A DNA stretch of 64,000 bases from Nitrososphaerota archaeon (GCA_028867755.1 JAGWFT010000001.1:1028727-1092726); one strand, 5' to 3'. Shown: positions 18,713 to 28,743, numbered from the stretch's first letter. Program-made: numbers and translations. The notes: generated by a model not told the origin, from the sequence alone.

Positions 18713-21271
18713 ATGCAATCTTCTGTAGCAGTTGACGAAATAACAACAACAATGCCTCCGGCGCTGCTTGTTTCTGCCACTTATGATGGTCAGAAAAAAG
18801 CCGCCATTTTGAAGTTTTATGAGCCAGTTTCTCAAAAGGTTCTGTTATGGACAGATAATACAGGGCATAAACCATATTGTTATTCTAAACTAGCACCTGA
18901 AGAATTAAAATTCTTGTCAGATCGAAAAGATGTGATAAAGCTAGAAAAAACCAAGAAGCAAGATTTGATCAAGGACCAGTCCATCGATGTAACAAAAATA
19001 ATAGTTACAGATCCTTTAGCAATTGGTGGGACTCAAACTGACAAGAGCATAAGAAATGTCATAGAGACATGGGAGTCAGACATCAAATATTATGAAAACT
19101 ATTTGTATGATAACTTGCTTATTGTGGGAAGATACTACATCATAGAAAATGGCAAACTAAAAGAATTTGCGTATCCAATTCCAGATGAGGTACAACTTGC
19201 GTTAAAGGGGTTATTGTATGATAAAGTAACCAGTATGGGGATGATAGATCAAAAAGGATTTCAAGATAACATAAGTGAGTGGGCAAACTTACTCAATCAA
19301 CCAATACCTAAGATTAGAAGGATAAGTTTTGACATCGAGGTTGAATCAGAGACAGGGAGGATACCTGATGCTAAAATTGCTGAGAAAAAAATAACTGCAA
19401 TTGGATTTTGTGGTAGTGATGATTCTAAACAGGTATTTGTCCTAAAGCGAGCAGAAAGAAAACTTGGAACCAGTGAGATGGCACCTGATATCAAAGTAAC
19501 TTTCTATGATGAGGATAAGGAAGCAGACATGATACGAGATGCCTTTAAACTTTTGACAAGTTATCCTTTCGTAATCACATTCAATGGTGATGACTTTGAC
19601 ATGCCATACATGTACAATAGGGCAGAGAAACTTGGAATTGGATTAAAAGACATTCCACTCATAATGATGAGAGACTCTGCCACTCTAAAACAAGGAGTTC
19701 ACATTGATTTGTATCGGGCTTTTTCTAATCGTTCGTTCCAGATCTATGCATTTAGTCACAAATACAATGACTTTTCGCTCAATAGTATATCAGAGGGATT
19801 AATTGATGAATCAAAAATAGAATATGAAGGCGATCTAGACGATCTTTCTTTGTACGAGCTTGCAAATTATTGTTTTAATGATGCAAGGTTAACAGAAAAA
19901 CTCACAAGTTTCAATAATGATTTGTTAATGGATCTGCTTGTTGTCATAACAAGAATAGGTAGAATGCCAATCGACGATATATCTAGACTTGGAGTGTCAC
20001 AATGGATTCGTAGTTTGTTTTATTATGAACATCGGCACCACGGTTTTTTGATTCCAAGAAGGGAAGAATTGGAACAAAAATCTGTTGCAGCATCTACCGA
20101 AGCAATAATCAAAGATAAAAAATATCGTGGCGGTCTAGTCGTAGAACCAAAGGAAGGAATTCATTTCAATGTATTTGTGATGGACTTTGCTAGCCTGTAT
20201 CCAAGTATAATAAAAGTGCGAAACCTCTCATATGAAACGGTAAGATGCACACATAATGAATGCAAGAAAAACATGATTCCTGAAACTGCCCACTGGGTGT
20301 GTGAGAAGAAAAATGGCCTTACTGCACTATTGATTGGATCTTTACGTGATCTGCGTGTTAATTATTACAAGAGTTTATCAAAAAACCCAGCATTAAGTGA
20401 AGATCAAAAACAACTCTACACAGTGGTAAGTCAAGCGCTCAAAGTTATACTAAATGCAAGCTACGGCGTAATGGGATCTGAAATATTTCCATTGTATTGT
20501 CTTCCTGTTGCAGAAGCTACTACGGCAGTTGGAAGGTTTACAATTTTAGAAACAATTGAAAAATGTAAATCCATAGGAATTGAAGTTTTGTATGGCGATA
20601 CTGATTCTTTATTTCTTAAAGGTCCTACACGAGAACAGATTCAAAATGTAGTGGATTGGGCAAAAGAAAAGTTTGGTGTTGATCTTGATTTGGATAAAGA
20701 GTATCGTTATGTTGTTTTTAGTACGAGAAAGAAAAATTATCTTGGAGTTCAAAAGGATGGTAAAGTGGATGTAAAAGGCCTAACAGGTAAAAAATCACAC
20801 ACACCACCATTCATTCGAAGTCTTTTTTATGAAATATTGGGGATCTTGTCAAAAGTACAATCAGAAAGTGAGTTCTCGCAGTCAAAACAAATGATTGGCG
20901 ACATGATATCTCAATATGCTAAAAAACTAAAAACAAGACAAATTCCGCTAAACGAACTTGCGTTTAATGTAATGATAAGTAAAGCCCCGTCTGAATATGT
21001 GAAAACAATTCCTCAACATATACGCGCAGCTAAATTATTGGAACAGACACGGGAGATTAAGAAAGGAGACATCATATCATATGTAAAAATAATAAACAAA
21101 CCTGGTGTAAAACCGGTTGAAATGGCACGTTCTGATGAAATTGATTCTGCAAAATATATGGAATTCATGGAAAGTACTTTTGATCAAATACTATCTTCCA
21201 TGGATTTGGACTTTGATACCTTAATTGGGGCACCAAAACAAACTGGACTAGATCAATTCTTTTGGAATTAA
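18713..21271 (+). CDS. polB1: Family B DNA polymerase PolB1
   Basis: FDIE (Exo I), FNGDDFD, DFASLYPS, KVILNASYG, YGDTDS, C-terminal PIP box QTGLDQFF. Confidence 0.97.
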   Translation: MQSSVAVDEITTTMPPALLVSATYDGQKKAAILKFYEPVSQKVLLWTDNTGHKPYCYSKLAPEELKFLSDRKDVIKLEKTKKQDLIKDQSIDVTKIIVTDPLAIGGTQTDKSIRNVIETWESDIKYYENYLYDNLLIVGRYYIIENGKLKEFAYPIPDEVQLALKGLLYDKVTSMGMIDQKGFQDNISEWANLLNQPIPKIRRISFDIEVESETGRIPDAKIAEKKITAIGFCGSDDSKQVFVLKRAERKLGTSEMAPDIKVTFYDEDKEADMIRDAFKLLTSYPFVITFNGDDFDMPYMYNRAEKLGIGLKDIPLIMMRDSATLKQGVHIDLYRAFSNRSFQIYAFSHKYNDFSLNSISEGLIDESKIEYEGDLDDLSLYELANYCFNDARLTEKLTSFNNDLLMDLLVVITRIGRMPIDDISRLGVSQWIRSLFYYEHRHHGFLIPRREELEQKSVAASTEAIIKDKKYRGGLVVEPKEGIHFNVFVMDFASLYPSIIKVRNLSYETVRCTHNECKKNMIPETAHWVCEKKNGLTALLIGSLRDLRVNYYKSLSKNPALSEDQKQLYTVVSQALKVILNASYGVMGSEIFPLYCLPVAEATTAVGRFTILETIEKCKSIGIEVLYGDTDSLFLKGPTREQIQNVVDWAKEKFGVDLDLDKEYRYVVFSTRKKNYLGVQKDGKVDVKGLTGKKSHTPPFIRSLFYEILGILSKVQSESEFSQSKQMIGDMISQYAKKLKTRQIPLNELAFNVMISKAPSEYVKTIPQHIRAAKLLEQTREIKKGDIISYVKIINKPGVKPVEMARSDEIDSAKYMEFMESTFDQILSSMDLDFDTLIGAPKQTGLDQFFWN

Positions 21272-21273
21272 CT

Positions 21274-21396
21274 ATGGATTGTCCTAACTGTGACTCCCCC
21301 ATGGAAATAATGCTTCAAAATGAAACAGGCAAAACAGAATCAGAAAAGAAAACTAGCAATTATAGATGTCTTTGTTGTAATTTGATTCTGAAATAG
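21274..21396 (+). CDS. 40-aa zinc-ribbon microprotein
   Basis: Manual translation MDCPNCDSPMEIMLQNETGKTESEKKTSNYRCLCCNLILK; ATG 2 nt after the polB stop. Confidence 0.6.
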   Translation: MDCPNCDSPMEIMLQNETGKTESEKKTSNYRCLCCNLILK

Positions 21397-22163
21397 AAAA
21401 TGGTTGACATCATTGCAATTGCAAGTATTAAAATAGCAATAGTGCCAAATTCTGGCATTATTTGAGTACCAATTATTATTACTTGTGCATTGTTTGATCC
21501 AAACGGGATGGTAAGAGTTCTATTGGCATCAGTCTTTGTTTCATTGAACGTTGTTGTTATTCCATCATTTTGGACGACAAACTGGCCGTCTTGACCATTG
21601 TTCTTTGCATCTATCAGCAATCTTGGCAGTGTGACTGAGATCGTACCATTGCCGGTAGGTTGAATTCGTATTGTTATGGATTTTGTGTCAATGTCTGGAT
21701 TGATGGTCAATACTTTGCCATTTGTTATGTGATATGTTGCATTGTATATCTGGCCTTGAATAGTAATCGGGATGACTGTGTTAAATCCAGTAAACGTAAA
21801 TGTTGTTTTTGCAGTATTATCTTTGTTACCATACGTAACATCTACTTCATAGGTGCCAGATGTGGTCCATAAATTACCTCCTGCAGTAACTGTTGTGGAA
21901 TACAAGTTATCTGAGTTTGGAGATACCTGACCAAGTAATACGATATTTTGTGACTGGTCTCTTACAACTATTGATATTGGAACATTAAGTTGAGTACTCA
22001 CAGCTCCTGATATAACGATCTGATCTCCGTCAGAATAGGTAGACTTGTCAGTAGTTACTGTGATTGGCGCAGATGTTGTGCTAGTTTGAGCAAAAGTTGG
22101 CACCATACTCAATGATATGGTAGATACAATCAACATGATGAAAATAAGAGTAATTTTCAACAA
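21360..22163 (-). CDS. PEFG-CTERM secreted/surface protein (paralog of 15349-16149)
   Basis: Signal peptide, TDKSTYSDGDQIVISG, C-terminal MPEFG + TM. Confidence 0.87.
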   Translation of the reverse strand: MLKITLIFIMLIVSTISLSMVPTFAQTSTTSAPITVTTDKSTYSDGDQIVISGAVSTQLNVPISIVVRDQSQNIVLLGQVSPNSDNLYSTTVTAGGNLWTTSGTYEVDVTYGNKDNTAKTTFTFTGFNTVIPITIQGQIYNATYHITNGKVLTINPDIDTKSITIRIQPTGNGTISVTLPRLLIDAKNNGQDGQFVVQNDGITTTFNETKTDANRTLTIPFGSNNAQVIIIGTQIMPEFGTIAILILAIAMMSTIFYFRIKLQQRHL

Positions 22164-22287
22164 ATAAACGAAGAATTGTTGTTATTTAAGATTCTCGATT
22201 AATTTTACTAGTTAACATGTTATGTTCCAGTCGCTCAAATTTTGTCTAGTGCCATAGATCAACTCATGTACAAGCATGTTTTGAGCC

Positions 22288-23052
22288 CTATCCTTCAGAG
22301 GCTGATTTTCCGCCATCTACGTTCATGATTATTCCTGAAATCCAATTAGATTCATCAGACGCCAAATAAACTGCAGCGTTAGCTACGTCAATAGGTTCAC
22401 CAATTCTATTCAATGGCTGTCTATCTTCTAGGACTTTTCTTGCTTCAGGATATTCAAGATATGGCTTTATCATTCCAGCATTCATTATTCCTGGATTTAT
22501 GCAATTACAACGAATGTTTCTTCTGGCGTATTCGATTGCTATTCCTTTGGTAAACATGTTGATTGCAGCTTTGGTAGTGCAATATACTGTCAAATGCACT
22601 TTTGGAATTGCCCTTTCACTTGATATTGATCCTATATTGATAATTGACCCTTTTTTATTTTCAAGCATTTTGACTAGTACTGATTTTGTCATCATGAAAG
22701 TACCAAAGAGATTAGTGTTAACTAGTGACCCCCACTCAGATTCTTTCATCTCATGGAAATGGACAGGATCGTTGATTGTTCCTGCATTGTTAACGAGGAT
22801 GTCTATCTTTCCATAATGTGCGTTTATCTGCTCAACTGTTTGAATAACTTGGGATTCATCTGTAATATCGCATATTATGGTCACAGTGTTTGCATCATGG
22901 TTTTTTATAGATGATCTAGCCTTTTCTAATTTTTCTCTATTTCTGCCTACCAAAACAACCTTTGCTCCTTCTTCTACAAATCTCTTTGATATCTCTAGGC
23001 CTATCTCACTTGATGCCCCAGTTACTATTGCAACCTTATCTTTTAATCGCGT
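22288..23052 (-). CDS. Short-chain dehydrogenase/reductase; apparent ACG start
   Basis: Frame is open upstream of the track start: (ACG)[17 protein letters not shown]..., giving 254 aa; VNNAG, YCTTK, NCINPG. Confidence 0.85.
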   Translation of the reverse strand, partial: TRLKDKVAIVTGASSEIGLEISKRFVEEGAKVVLVGRNREKLEKARSSIKNHDANTVTIICDITDESQVIQTVEQINAHYGKIDILVNNAGTINDPVHFHEMKESEWGSLVNTNLFGTFMMTKSVLVKMLENKKGSIINIGSISSERAIPKVHLTVYCTTKAAINMFTKGIAIEYARRNIRCNCINPGIMNAGMIKPYLEYPEARKVLEDRQPLNRIGEPIDVANAAVYLASDESNWISGIIMNVDGGKSASEG

Positions 23053-23149
23053 ATATGATATATCCGAAACAGTCGCTTAAAAAAGTCGCTCTTGCTTTTC
23101 AGACATGAAGGAAGATGTGTACCTGTATCAAAGTATCAAATCGCAAAAT

Positions 23150-24379
23150 CTATGATTTTCTGATCTTTTGAATCTCTTGAGTAACAAGAGGTAAGAACGC
23201 CCCTACATCTGTTACTATACCTAATGCCTGCCATGTTCCCCTGTCCATGAGTTTAGTTACTGTGGGTTGGTTGATATCTACTACAATCACTTTGACGTCA
23301 GCTGGAAGCATATTTCCGGTTGCTATAGAATGAAGCATTGTTGAGACCATTATGACCATTTTTGCATCTTTGAGAATCTCTTTGTATTTTTTCTGTGCTA
23401 CAGTCATGTCTGTTATCACATCTGGCAATGGTCCGTCATCGCGTAATGAGCCTGCAAGAACAAATGGAATCTGATTTTTCACACATTCGTACATTATTCC
23501 TCGTTTCAGTGTCTTTTTCTCAACCATCTTTGAAATTGAACCTGCCTTAAAAACAGAATTTATTGCTCGCATGTGATTTCTGTGACCCCTAATGGCAAGT
23601 GTGCCATCACGTACATTCATTCCAAGAGATGTCCCTAAAGTTGAATATTCTATATCGTGAACGGCTAGAGCATTTCCCGCAAGTACAGCGTCAATGAATC
23701 CTAATTTGACAAGTGTTGCAATCGAATCGGATGCTCCAGTATGAACTATAGCTGGACCTCCAACAAGAACTATTTTTCCATTGGCTTTCTTTGTTTTGTA
23801 GATGTCTTCTGCTACTCTTCGTGCAATGTGTTGAGTAGGTCTTTCACTTGAACTTCCGCTTCCCATGAATTGGAATAGATTTACTCCTTCACGTGGTCGT
23901 TCTGGCGGTGTGATCTTAATTCCTTGTTCACCTATTACGATCAGGTCTCCTTTCTTTATTTCACGAATGGGAGTACAAAAAACGCGATTTCCCTTCACTA
24001 CGATACATTTATCCATCATCATATTTTCCACTCTGATCCACTTGCCTTTATGAAAAATGTCAGTATGATTATTCGTTGTACTGTAGAAGTCATCAGGCAT
24101 TACCATATCTTTCTGAGTTGCTTTTAACACCACTTCTTGTTGGATCTTTGAAGTAGCACCTTCTCGATAGACAGCTTGTAGAATTTGATTTAGATGTTCT
24201 TTTGATTTACCTTGGATGAGAAGTTTTGCATAGCTTTCATCTTTTTTCTTCTTTCCAACTGAAAATCGTTCTACTTGAAATTCTCCTTGCAAGTCCATGA
24301 TTATGTCAAAAATTTTGGTAAGAATCATCGAGTCAATAAGATGTCCTTTTACCTCGATTGTGTGATGAAATTTAGCCAT
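23150..24379 (-). CDS. TIGR00300 family protein (LOR/SDH-domain; ornithine cyclodeaminase-like)
   Basis: GHLIDS, PDDFYSTTN, GGPAIVHTG, AGNALAVHDIE, LAGSLRDDGPLPD, LHSIATGNM. Confidence 0.85.
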   Translation of the reverse strand: MAKFHHTIEVKGHLIDSMILTKIFDIIMDLQGEFQVERFSVGKKKKDESYAKLLIQGKSKEHLNQILQAVYREGATSKIQQEVVLKATQKDMVMPDDFYSTTNNHTDIFHKGKWIRVENMMMDKCIVVKGNRVFCTPIREIKKGDLIVIGEQGIKITPPERPREGVNLFQFMGSGSSSERPTQHIARRVAEDIYKTKKANGKIVLVGGPAIVHTGASDSIATLVKLGFIDAVLAGNALAVHDIEYSTLGTSLGMNVRDGTLAIRGHRNHMRAINSVFKAGSISKMVEKKTLKRGIMYECVKNQIPFVLAGSLRDDGPLPDVITDMTVAQKKYKEILKDAKMVIMVSTMLHSIATGNMLPADVKVIVVDINQPTVTKLMDRGTWQALGIVTDVGAFLPLVTQEIQKIRKS

Positions 24380-24440
24380 TTGATGAAATGAGGCTGTTGT
24401 GCTAATTTAACGTTTAAGGAAAGCCATTAAAGTGCCTGAT

Positions 24441-26015
24441 TTAGTTAGACCTAAAATCTATAGTACGATGCGTTCTTTTTTGTACCCTGAGTATTAACAT
24501 AAAAAGTAAAAATCCAAAAAATAACATGTTTGCAACAAAGGTAAGCGTACTATCAAGAGATTCCTGCAAGGTTCCATAATGGAGTGGATTTACCCATGTT
24601 GTTCCTGGTGAAAAATAGATTTTTTCCCAATATGAGAAAGATGTCATGGAATGGACAAATATGAAATAAATGCTAAAAATTATTTTTATTTTTTTATTTG
24701 AAATCTCTTTTATAAAACTCCAGAAACCATAAGATGCTATAAAAAGGACTGAGATCTCAAGAGGGAGAAGATATCGTTCAAGTGAGAAATCTTTGACAAT
24801 TGTAAGTGTAAGGATAAATGTACTACAAAACCAAATTAAAAGTAGTGCTTCAGAGATACATTTTTTGTTCTTTCTTACATTGTATATCAAATACGCAAAT
24901 CCAATAAAGAAGAAAGTAGTCAGAGGAATTGTTGAATAAGTGGGTGGATATGTCCAACCAAAATTTCCATTCAAATTTAGAATAGGATTAGAAATTTGTT
25001 TCTCTATAAAACTTGGGAAAAGAAGATAATGAAAAAATGACGCAGTTGATTGAAAGTTAACATTATGAATAGTAGGATAACCAATGTACCAGACATCACG
25101 ATTGTAATTATTCATGTCTGTTTTCATGACTGAAATCTCGTTTAGTGGGTTTTTGTAAAATCCAGGTTCTGTTAAAAATATGCCAAAAAATGATATTATA
25201 AAAAATGAAAAAACGATGAGGCCTGTTTTCGTGGCATATTTTTTTTCAAAAAACATGCCATCTTGAGTGTCAATCCACCTCTTGAGTAAAATTATGCCAA
25301 GAAATAAAGCAAAGAAGGTTATCGCAAGCATCTTGAAATCTATTGCGACTCCGAATGCTATTGCGCTTGAAACAAAATATATTATTTTTGGATTTTTTTT
25401 ATTTTTGAAAGCATAAAGTAAAAGCAATAGGGATAGCATTACAAAGAAAATGTAATGAACTTCAACCATCACAGTACGACTGTACCATATCCAGAGATCA
25501 TACGTCAGAAAAAGAAGAGAGGCTGCAATTCCAAGATACTTGTTGAAAAGCAATTTTCCCATCATAAATGAAAACATGACAGTCAGAGAACCAAATAGTG
25601 GTGAAAGCAATCTGCCTGCCGTCATTTCTTTAATCGATGGACCATTGTCATGTTTGTAACAATCCCAATAGCATGACCAATTGTAAAAATCCCCAGTATC
25701 CTCGTTTGTAAGATACATTGGAAAACCAATCAGAAGGTTTCTAACAGGACTATAAGTCAGCCCAAATGCTGGAATGTGGAACAACGAATTACAATTATCT
25801 AGAGACTCTAAACATGAATTTCCAATATTTCCTTTTTTTATTAGATCAAAGTAATTACCGCCCCATCCAAGATATGTGATTTCATCGCCATGCCATGGCT
25901 GCCCTTCTAAATTGTATGAATAAATAAAAAATGAACCAAGTAACAATGCAAGAGGAATGACATAATCTGATTTTTTTATTATGAATTGCACTATTTTCAT
26001 TATTTCATTTCCCAC
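24441..26015 (-). CDS. GT-C fold (PMT/ArnT-like) membrane glycosyltransferase
   Basis: Early luminal DE motif (WHGDEITY), many TM helices, ERYLLP. Confidence 0.75.
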   Translation of the reverse strand: MGNEIMKIVQFIIKKSDYVIPLALLLGSFFIYSYNLEGQPWHGDEITYLGWGGNYFDLIKKGNIGNSCLESLDNCNSLFHIPAFGLTYSPVRNLLIGFPMYLTNEDTGDFYNWSCYWDCYKHDNGPSIKEMTAGRLLSPLFGSLTVMFSFMMGKLLFNKYLGIAASLLFLTYDLWIWYSRTVMVEVHYIFFVMLSLLLLLYAFKNKKNPKIIYFVSSAIAFGVAIDFKMLAITFFALFLGIILLKRWIDTQDGMFFEKKYATKTGLIVFSFFIISFFGIFLTEPGFYKNPLNEISVMKTDMNNYNRDVWYIGYPTIHNVNFQSTASFFHYLLFPSFIEKQISNPILNLNGNFGWTYPPTYSTIPLTTFFFIGFAYLIYNVRKNKKCISEALLLIWFCSTFILTLTIVKDFSLERYLLPLEISVLFIASYGFWSFIKEISNKKIKIIFSIYFIFVHSMTSFSYWEKIYFSPGTTWVNPLHYGTLQESLDSTLTFVANMLFFGFLLFMLILRVQKRTHRTIDFRSN

Positions 26016-26093
26016 ACACTGATTTCAAGTCTTAGTGTAACTTTAAAATACGTTTTTAGTGTTTTTTGCAAAATGCTAAAGTTGAAGAGTTAT

Positions 26094-26441
26094 TCAAACA
26101 GGCAAGACAACTTGACCTTTGTATTCAGATATGTTCTCAGATTGCAGTACTTTCACAATGGCATCTTTATGTTCGGTATTTAGTCCTCGCACAATCGCTT
26201 TTGAAATACCGTTTTTATCACACAATACTACCATGTATCCACTCACATCTGTCAAAACGAACCCTCCAGCATCATTTAGTATGGAATAAAGATTTTCCTC
26301 CCCTACTGGTTCCCATACGTTTGATTTATTGTCACGAAGAGCTAACGCTGGCATGGCTTGCCCATTTGAGATCTTATTGAGATATTCTCGAGCCGCTTTA
26401 ACTCGCTTCTCCCCAATTTTAAGAGCAGCAAAATACTGCAT
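26094..26441 (-). CDS. Conserved hypothetical protein
   Basis: 115-aa ORF with ATG start. Confidence 0.7.
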   Translation of the reverse strand: MQYFAALKIGEKRVKAAREYLNKISNGQAMPALALRDNKSNVWEPVGEENLYSILNDAGGFVLTDVSGYMVVLCDKNGISKAIVRGLNTEHKDAIVKVLQSENISEYKGQVVLPV

Positions 26442-26461
26442 AATGTCAATCCATGAACTTG

Positions 26462-26992
26462 TTATTTATAGGATATCGAATCTAGAACTTCGATGAGTTC
26501 TTTTGATCTGATCTCACTTCTAGCTGATTCTACAAATTCTTGAAGTTTTTCTTTTGTGCAGCCTTCCCCAAAATATTTTGCGGCTTGTATTGCCATCTCG
26601 AGACGATCTATTTCATGTATTAGTATAGATTCCCGCGATATACCATCAAGATATTCTTTCCACAATGAGGAATATGCATTTGCAAGATGCGATGGGAGCT
26701 TTGATAATATTTCTTCCATTGCCTGATTTTCTACAATTATTTTATTTTCTTTTGTAATTTCACCTGGTATGAAATCACCTGTTATGGATTCAGCTAGGTC
26801 ATGAAGTAGAGCCATTTTTACCATTCTTTCGGTATTTAGATTCATCTTATCTGAAAATATCATTGCCATGATAGCAACCCCATAAGAGTGGTCTGCAACA
26901 GATTCAGGATTTAGCATTCCAACTTTTTCTTTCCACCCCTTTCTGGCTACTTTTTTTAATTCTAATATAGCATAAAAAAAGTCAAACAACAT
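26462..26992 (-). CDS. HD-domain phosphohydrolase (YfbR/HDDC2-like)
   Basis: RKGW, ESVADHS, ALLHDLAESITGD, DRLE. Confidence 0.9.
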   Translation of the reverse strand: MLFDFFYAILELKKVARKGWKEKVGMLNPESVADHSYGVAIMAMIFSDKMNLNTERMVKMALLHDLAESITGDFIPGEITKENKIIVENQAMEEILSKLPSHLANAYSSLWKEYLDGISRESILIHEIDRLEMAIQAAKYFGEGCTKEKLQEFVESARSEIRSKELIEVLDSISYK

Positions 26993-27089
26993 ACTGTATA
27001 TCGATAAATACCAATAGTTTTAGGCTTTTGTTTAAAAAAAGACTTCAGTATACGAACAAGATAAAAATGACAAAAATGACTGGTATCCA

Positions 27090-27629
27090 TTGGTAAAAAT
27101 ATATACAAAGACAGGAGATGATGGCACCACTGGTCTTGTAGGCGGAGGTCGAATCAAAAAATCAAGTCGTCGTATTATTGCATATGGTGCAATAGATGAA
27201 CTAAATTCTGCCATAGGGATAGTTTTATCGTCTAAATTAGACTCCGATATCAGTAATCTACTCATAAGAATACAAAATGATCTTTTTGTGGTAGGTTCAG
27301 ATCTTGCAAATCCAAACTTGGAGGATCACTCAAGTCGAATTACTGATGCGATGGTTACTCATCTTGAGAATCAAATAGACCAACTAGAGTCTGAGATTTT
27401 GCCTATCACATACTTTATTCTGCCAGGAGGCGATTTGGTTGCCTCTCAAATCCATCTAGCCAGAGCTATTTGTAGAAGAGCTGAAGTAAATATTGTAGAA
27501 CTTGAAGAAAAAGAACCAATTAACAAATCTTGTCAAATCTATGTGAATCGATTATCAGATCTTCTCTTTGTAATATCTAGAACAATAAATAAACGAAAAA
27601 AGATCAAAGATGTTGCTTGGAAAAAATAA
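27090..27629 (+). CDS. pduO: ATP:cob(I)alamin adenosyltransferase, PduO type
   Basis: KIYTKTGDDGTT, GAIDELNS, FILPGG, RAICRRAE, NRLSDLLF. Confidence 0.93.
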   Translation: MVKIYTKTGDDGTTGLVGGGRIKKSSRRIIAYGAIDELNSAIGIVLSSKLDSDISNLLIRIQNDLFVVGSDLANPNLEDHSSRITDAMVTHLENQIDQLESEILPITYFILPGGDLVASQIHLARAICRRAEVNIVELEEKEPINKSCQIYVNRLSDLLFVISRTINKRKKIKDVAWKK

Positions 27630-27672
27630 GACAGACACACTTTAATTCCCCAAGAATTGGATGATTGAATGT

Positions 27673-27749
27673 GCCACCGTAGCTCAGCCCGGGAGAGCAC
27701 TCGGCTGAAGACCGAGCTGTCGCGCGTTCAAGTCCCGCCGGTGGCACCA
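27673..27749 (+). tRNA. trnF: tRNA-Phe (GAA), CCA encoded
   Basis: Acceptor GCCACCG/CGGTGGC, anticodon arm CTCGG-CTGAAGA-CCGAG, T loop TTCAAGT; one C-C mismatch in the T stem. Confidence 0.95.
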
Positions 27750-27779
27750 TTATAATTTAAAATAATATTCTAACTCAGA

Positions 27780-28157
27780 TTAGTTCTTCCCAATCATGGT
27801 CTGGTTTTTGTGCTGCCTGTAGGAAAGATAGGTTGTAGTTATGAGCAAAACTTGCAAAACATATCCACCAATGATTAACACTAATGCATTGTAAAGAGGA
27901 TGAAATGTAGTCATTATCTCAATATGCTTGTGAAAAGCACTGTTTCCTACTATGACTGCTACAGATATTATGAAGTTTGGAATGTAAATGCGTTTATAAT
28001 TTTTTACCGCCAAGATTGTAAGAGCTATAAAACAGCCCTCTAGTACAAGTGCTTGTAGAATAAACTTAGGATCACCCAGAGGAATTCCAAGTACTCCAAC
28101 TACCGATATAGAAGACAGGATAACAACTGGAGCTTTTTGAATTCTATCCATATGCAC
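27780..28157 (-). CDS. Small membrane protein (4 TM)
   Basis: Four hydrophobic segments. Confidence 0.7.
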   Translation of the reverse strand: MHMDRIQKAPVVILSSISVVGVLGIPLGDPKFILQALVLEGCFIALTILAVKNYKRIYIPNFIISVAVIVGNSAFHKHIEIMTTFHPLYNALVLIIGGYVLQVLLITTTYLSYRQHKNQTMIGKN

Positions 28158-28263
28158 TCGAAGGGATTTGTATTCTTAATAAAAATACTCGTTGTTATCA
28201 TTTTTCGTATCTGAAATTATCTTAAATATGAGACAGATACAGCCGTTCATAGGAAGGTAGGAC

Positions 28264-28623
28264 ATGAGTACTGCATCTACAAATGTGGGTAATTACTGTA
28301 AAAAAATACTAGACCTTGATTCAAAGATCAGGTTTGCAGGAAAGATTGTCAATGATCAATTGGTGTCATCTGCAAGAAAAGATGGCGTAATACCGCTTCT
28401 TGATAAACAACTCGCAGATCTTGCCCATCATCAAGTTGCTGTAAAAGCAGTAAGGGACAAAATGTTTACTGATAAGATGGGTAAGACAGACTGGATCGTA
28501 GAGTCAAAGGGCAAAGTGAAGCTTTTGACAGTATTTCAAGAGGATGGAATACTGATCTTATCAACAGAGCCTGTCTCTGATCACTATGCAATAATTGAGA
28601 AGATAAAAAAGCTGAAAATGTGA
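28264..28623 (+). CDS. DUF6659-like (Roadblock/profilin-like) small protein
   Basis: CKKILDLDSKIRFAGKI, followed by a K-VKLLTV strand pattern typical of this thaumarchaeal family (from recall). Confidence 0.65.
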   Translation: MSTASTNVGNYCKKILDLDSKIRFAGKIVNDQLVSSARKDGVIPLLDKQLADLAHHQVAVKAVRDKMFTDKMGKTDWIVESKGKVKLLTVFQEDGILILSTEPVSDHYAIIEKIKKLKM

Positions 28624-28743
28624 ATTTTTATACGTTTAATGTTTGCGCTGGTATTTCTTGAGACGTTGAAGGTCAATTTCTCCTTTTAATACCAAATGAG
28701 ACAAGTTTAAAAGCACGATATACATTGTTGGTTAATCGTCGCA

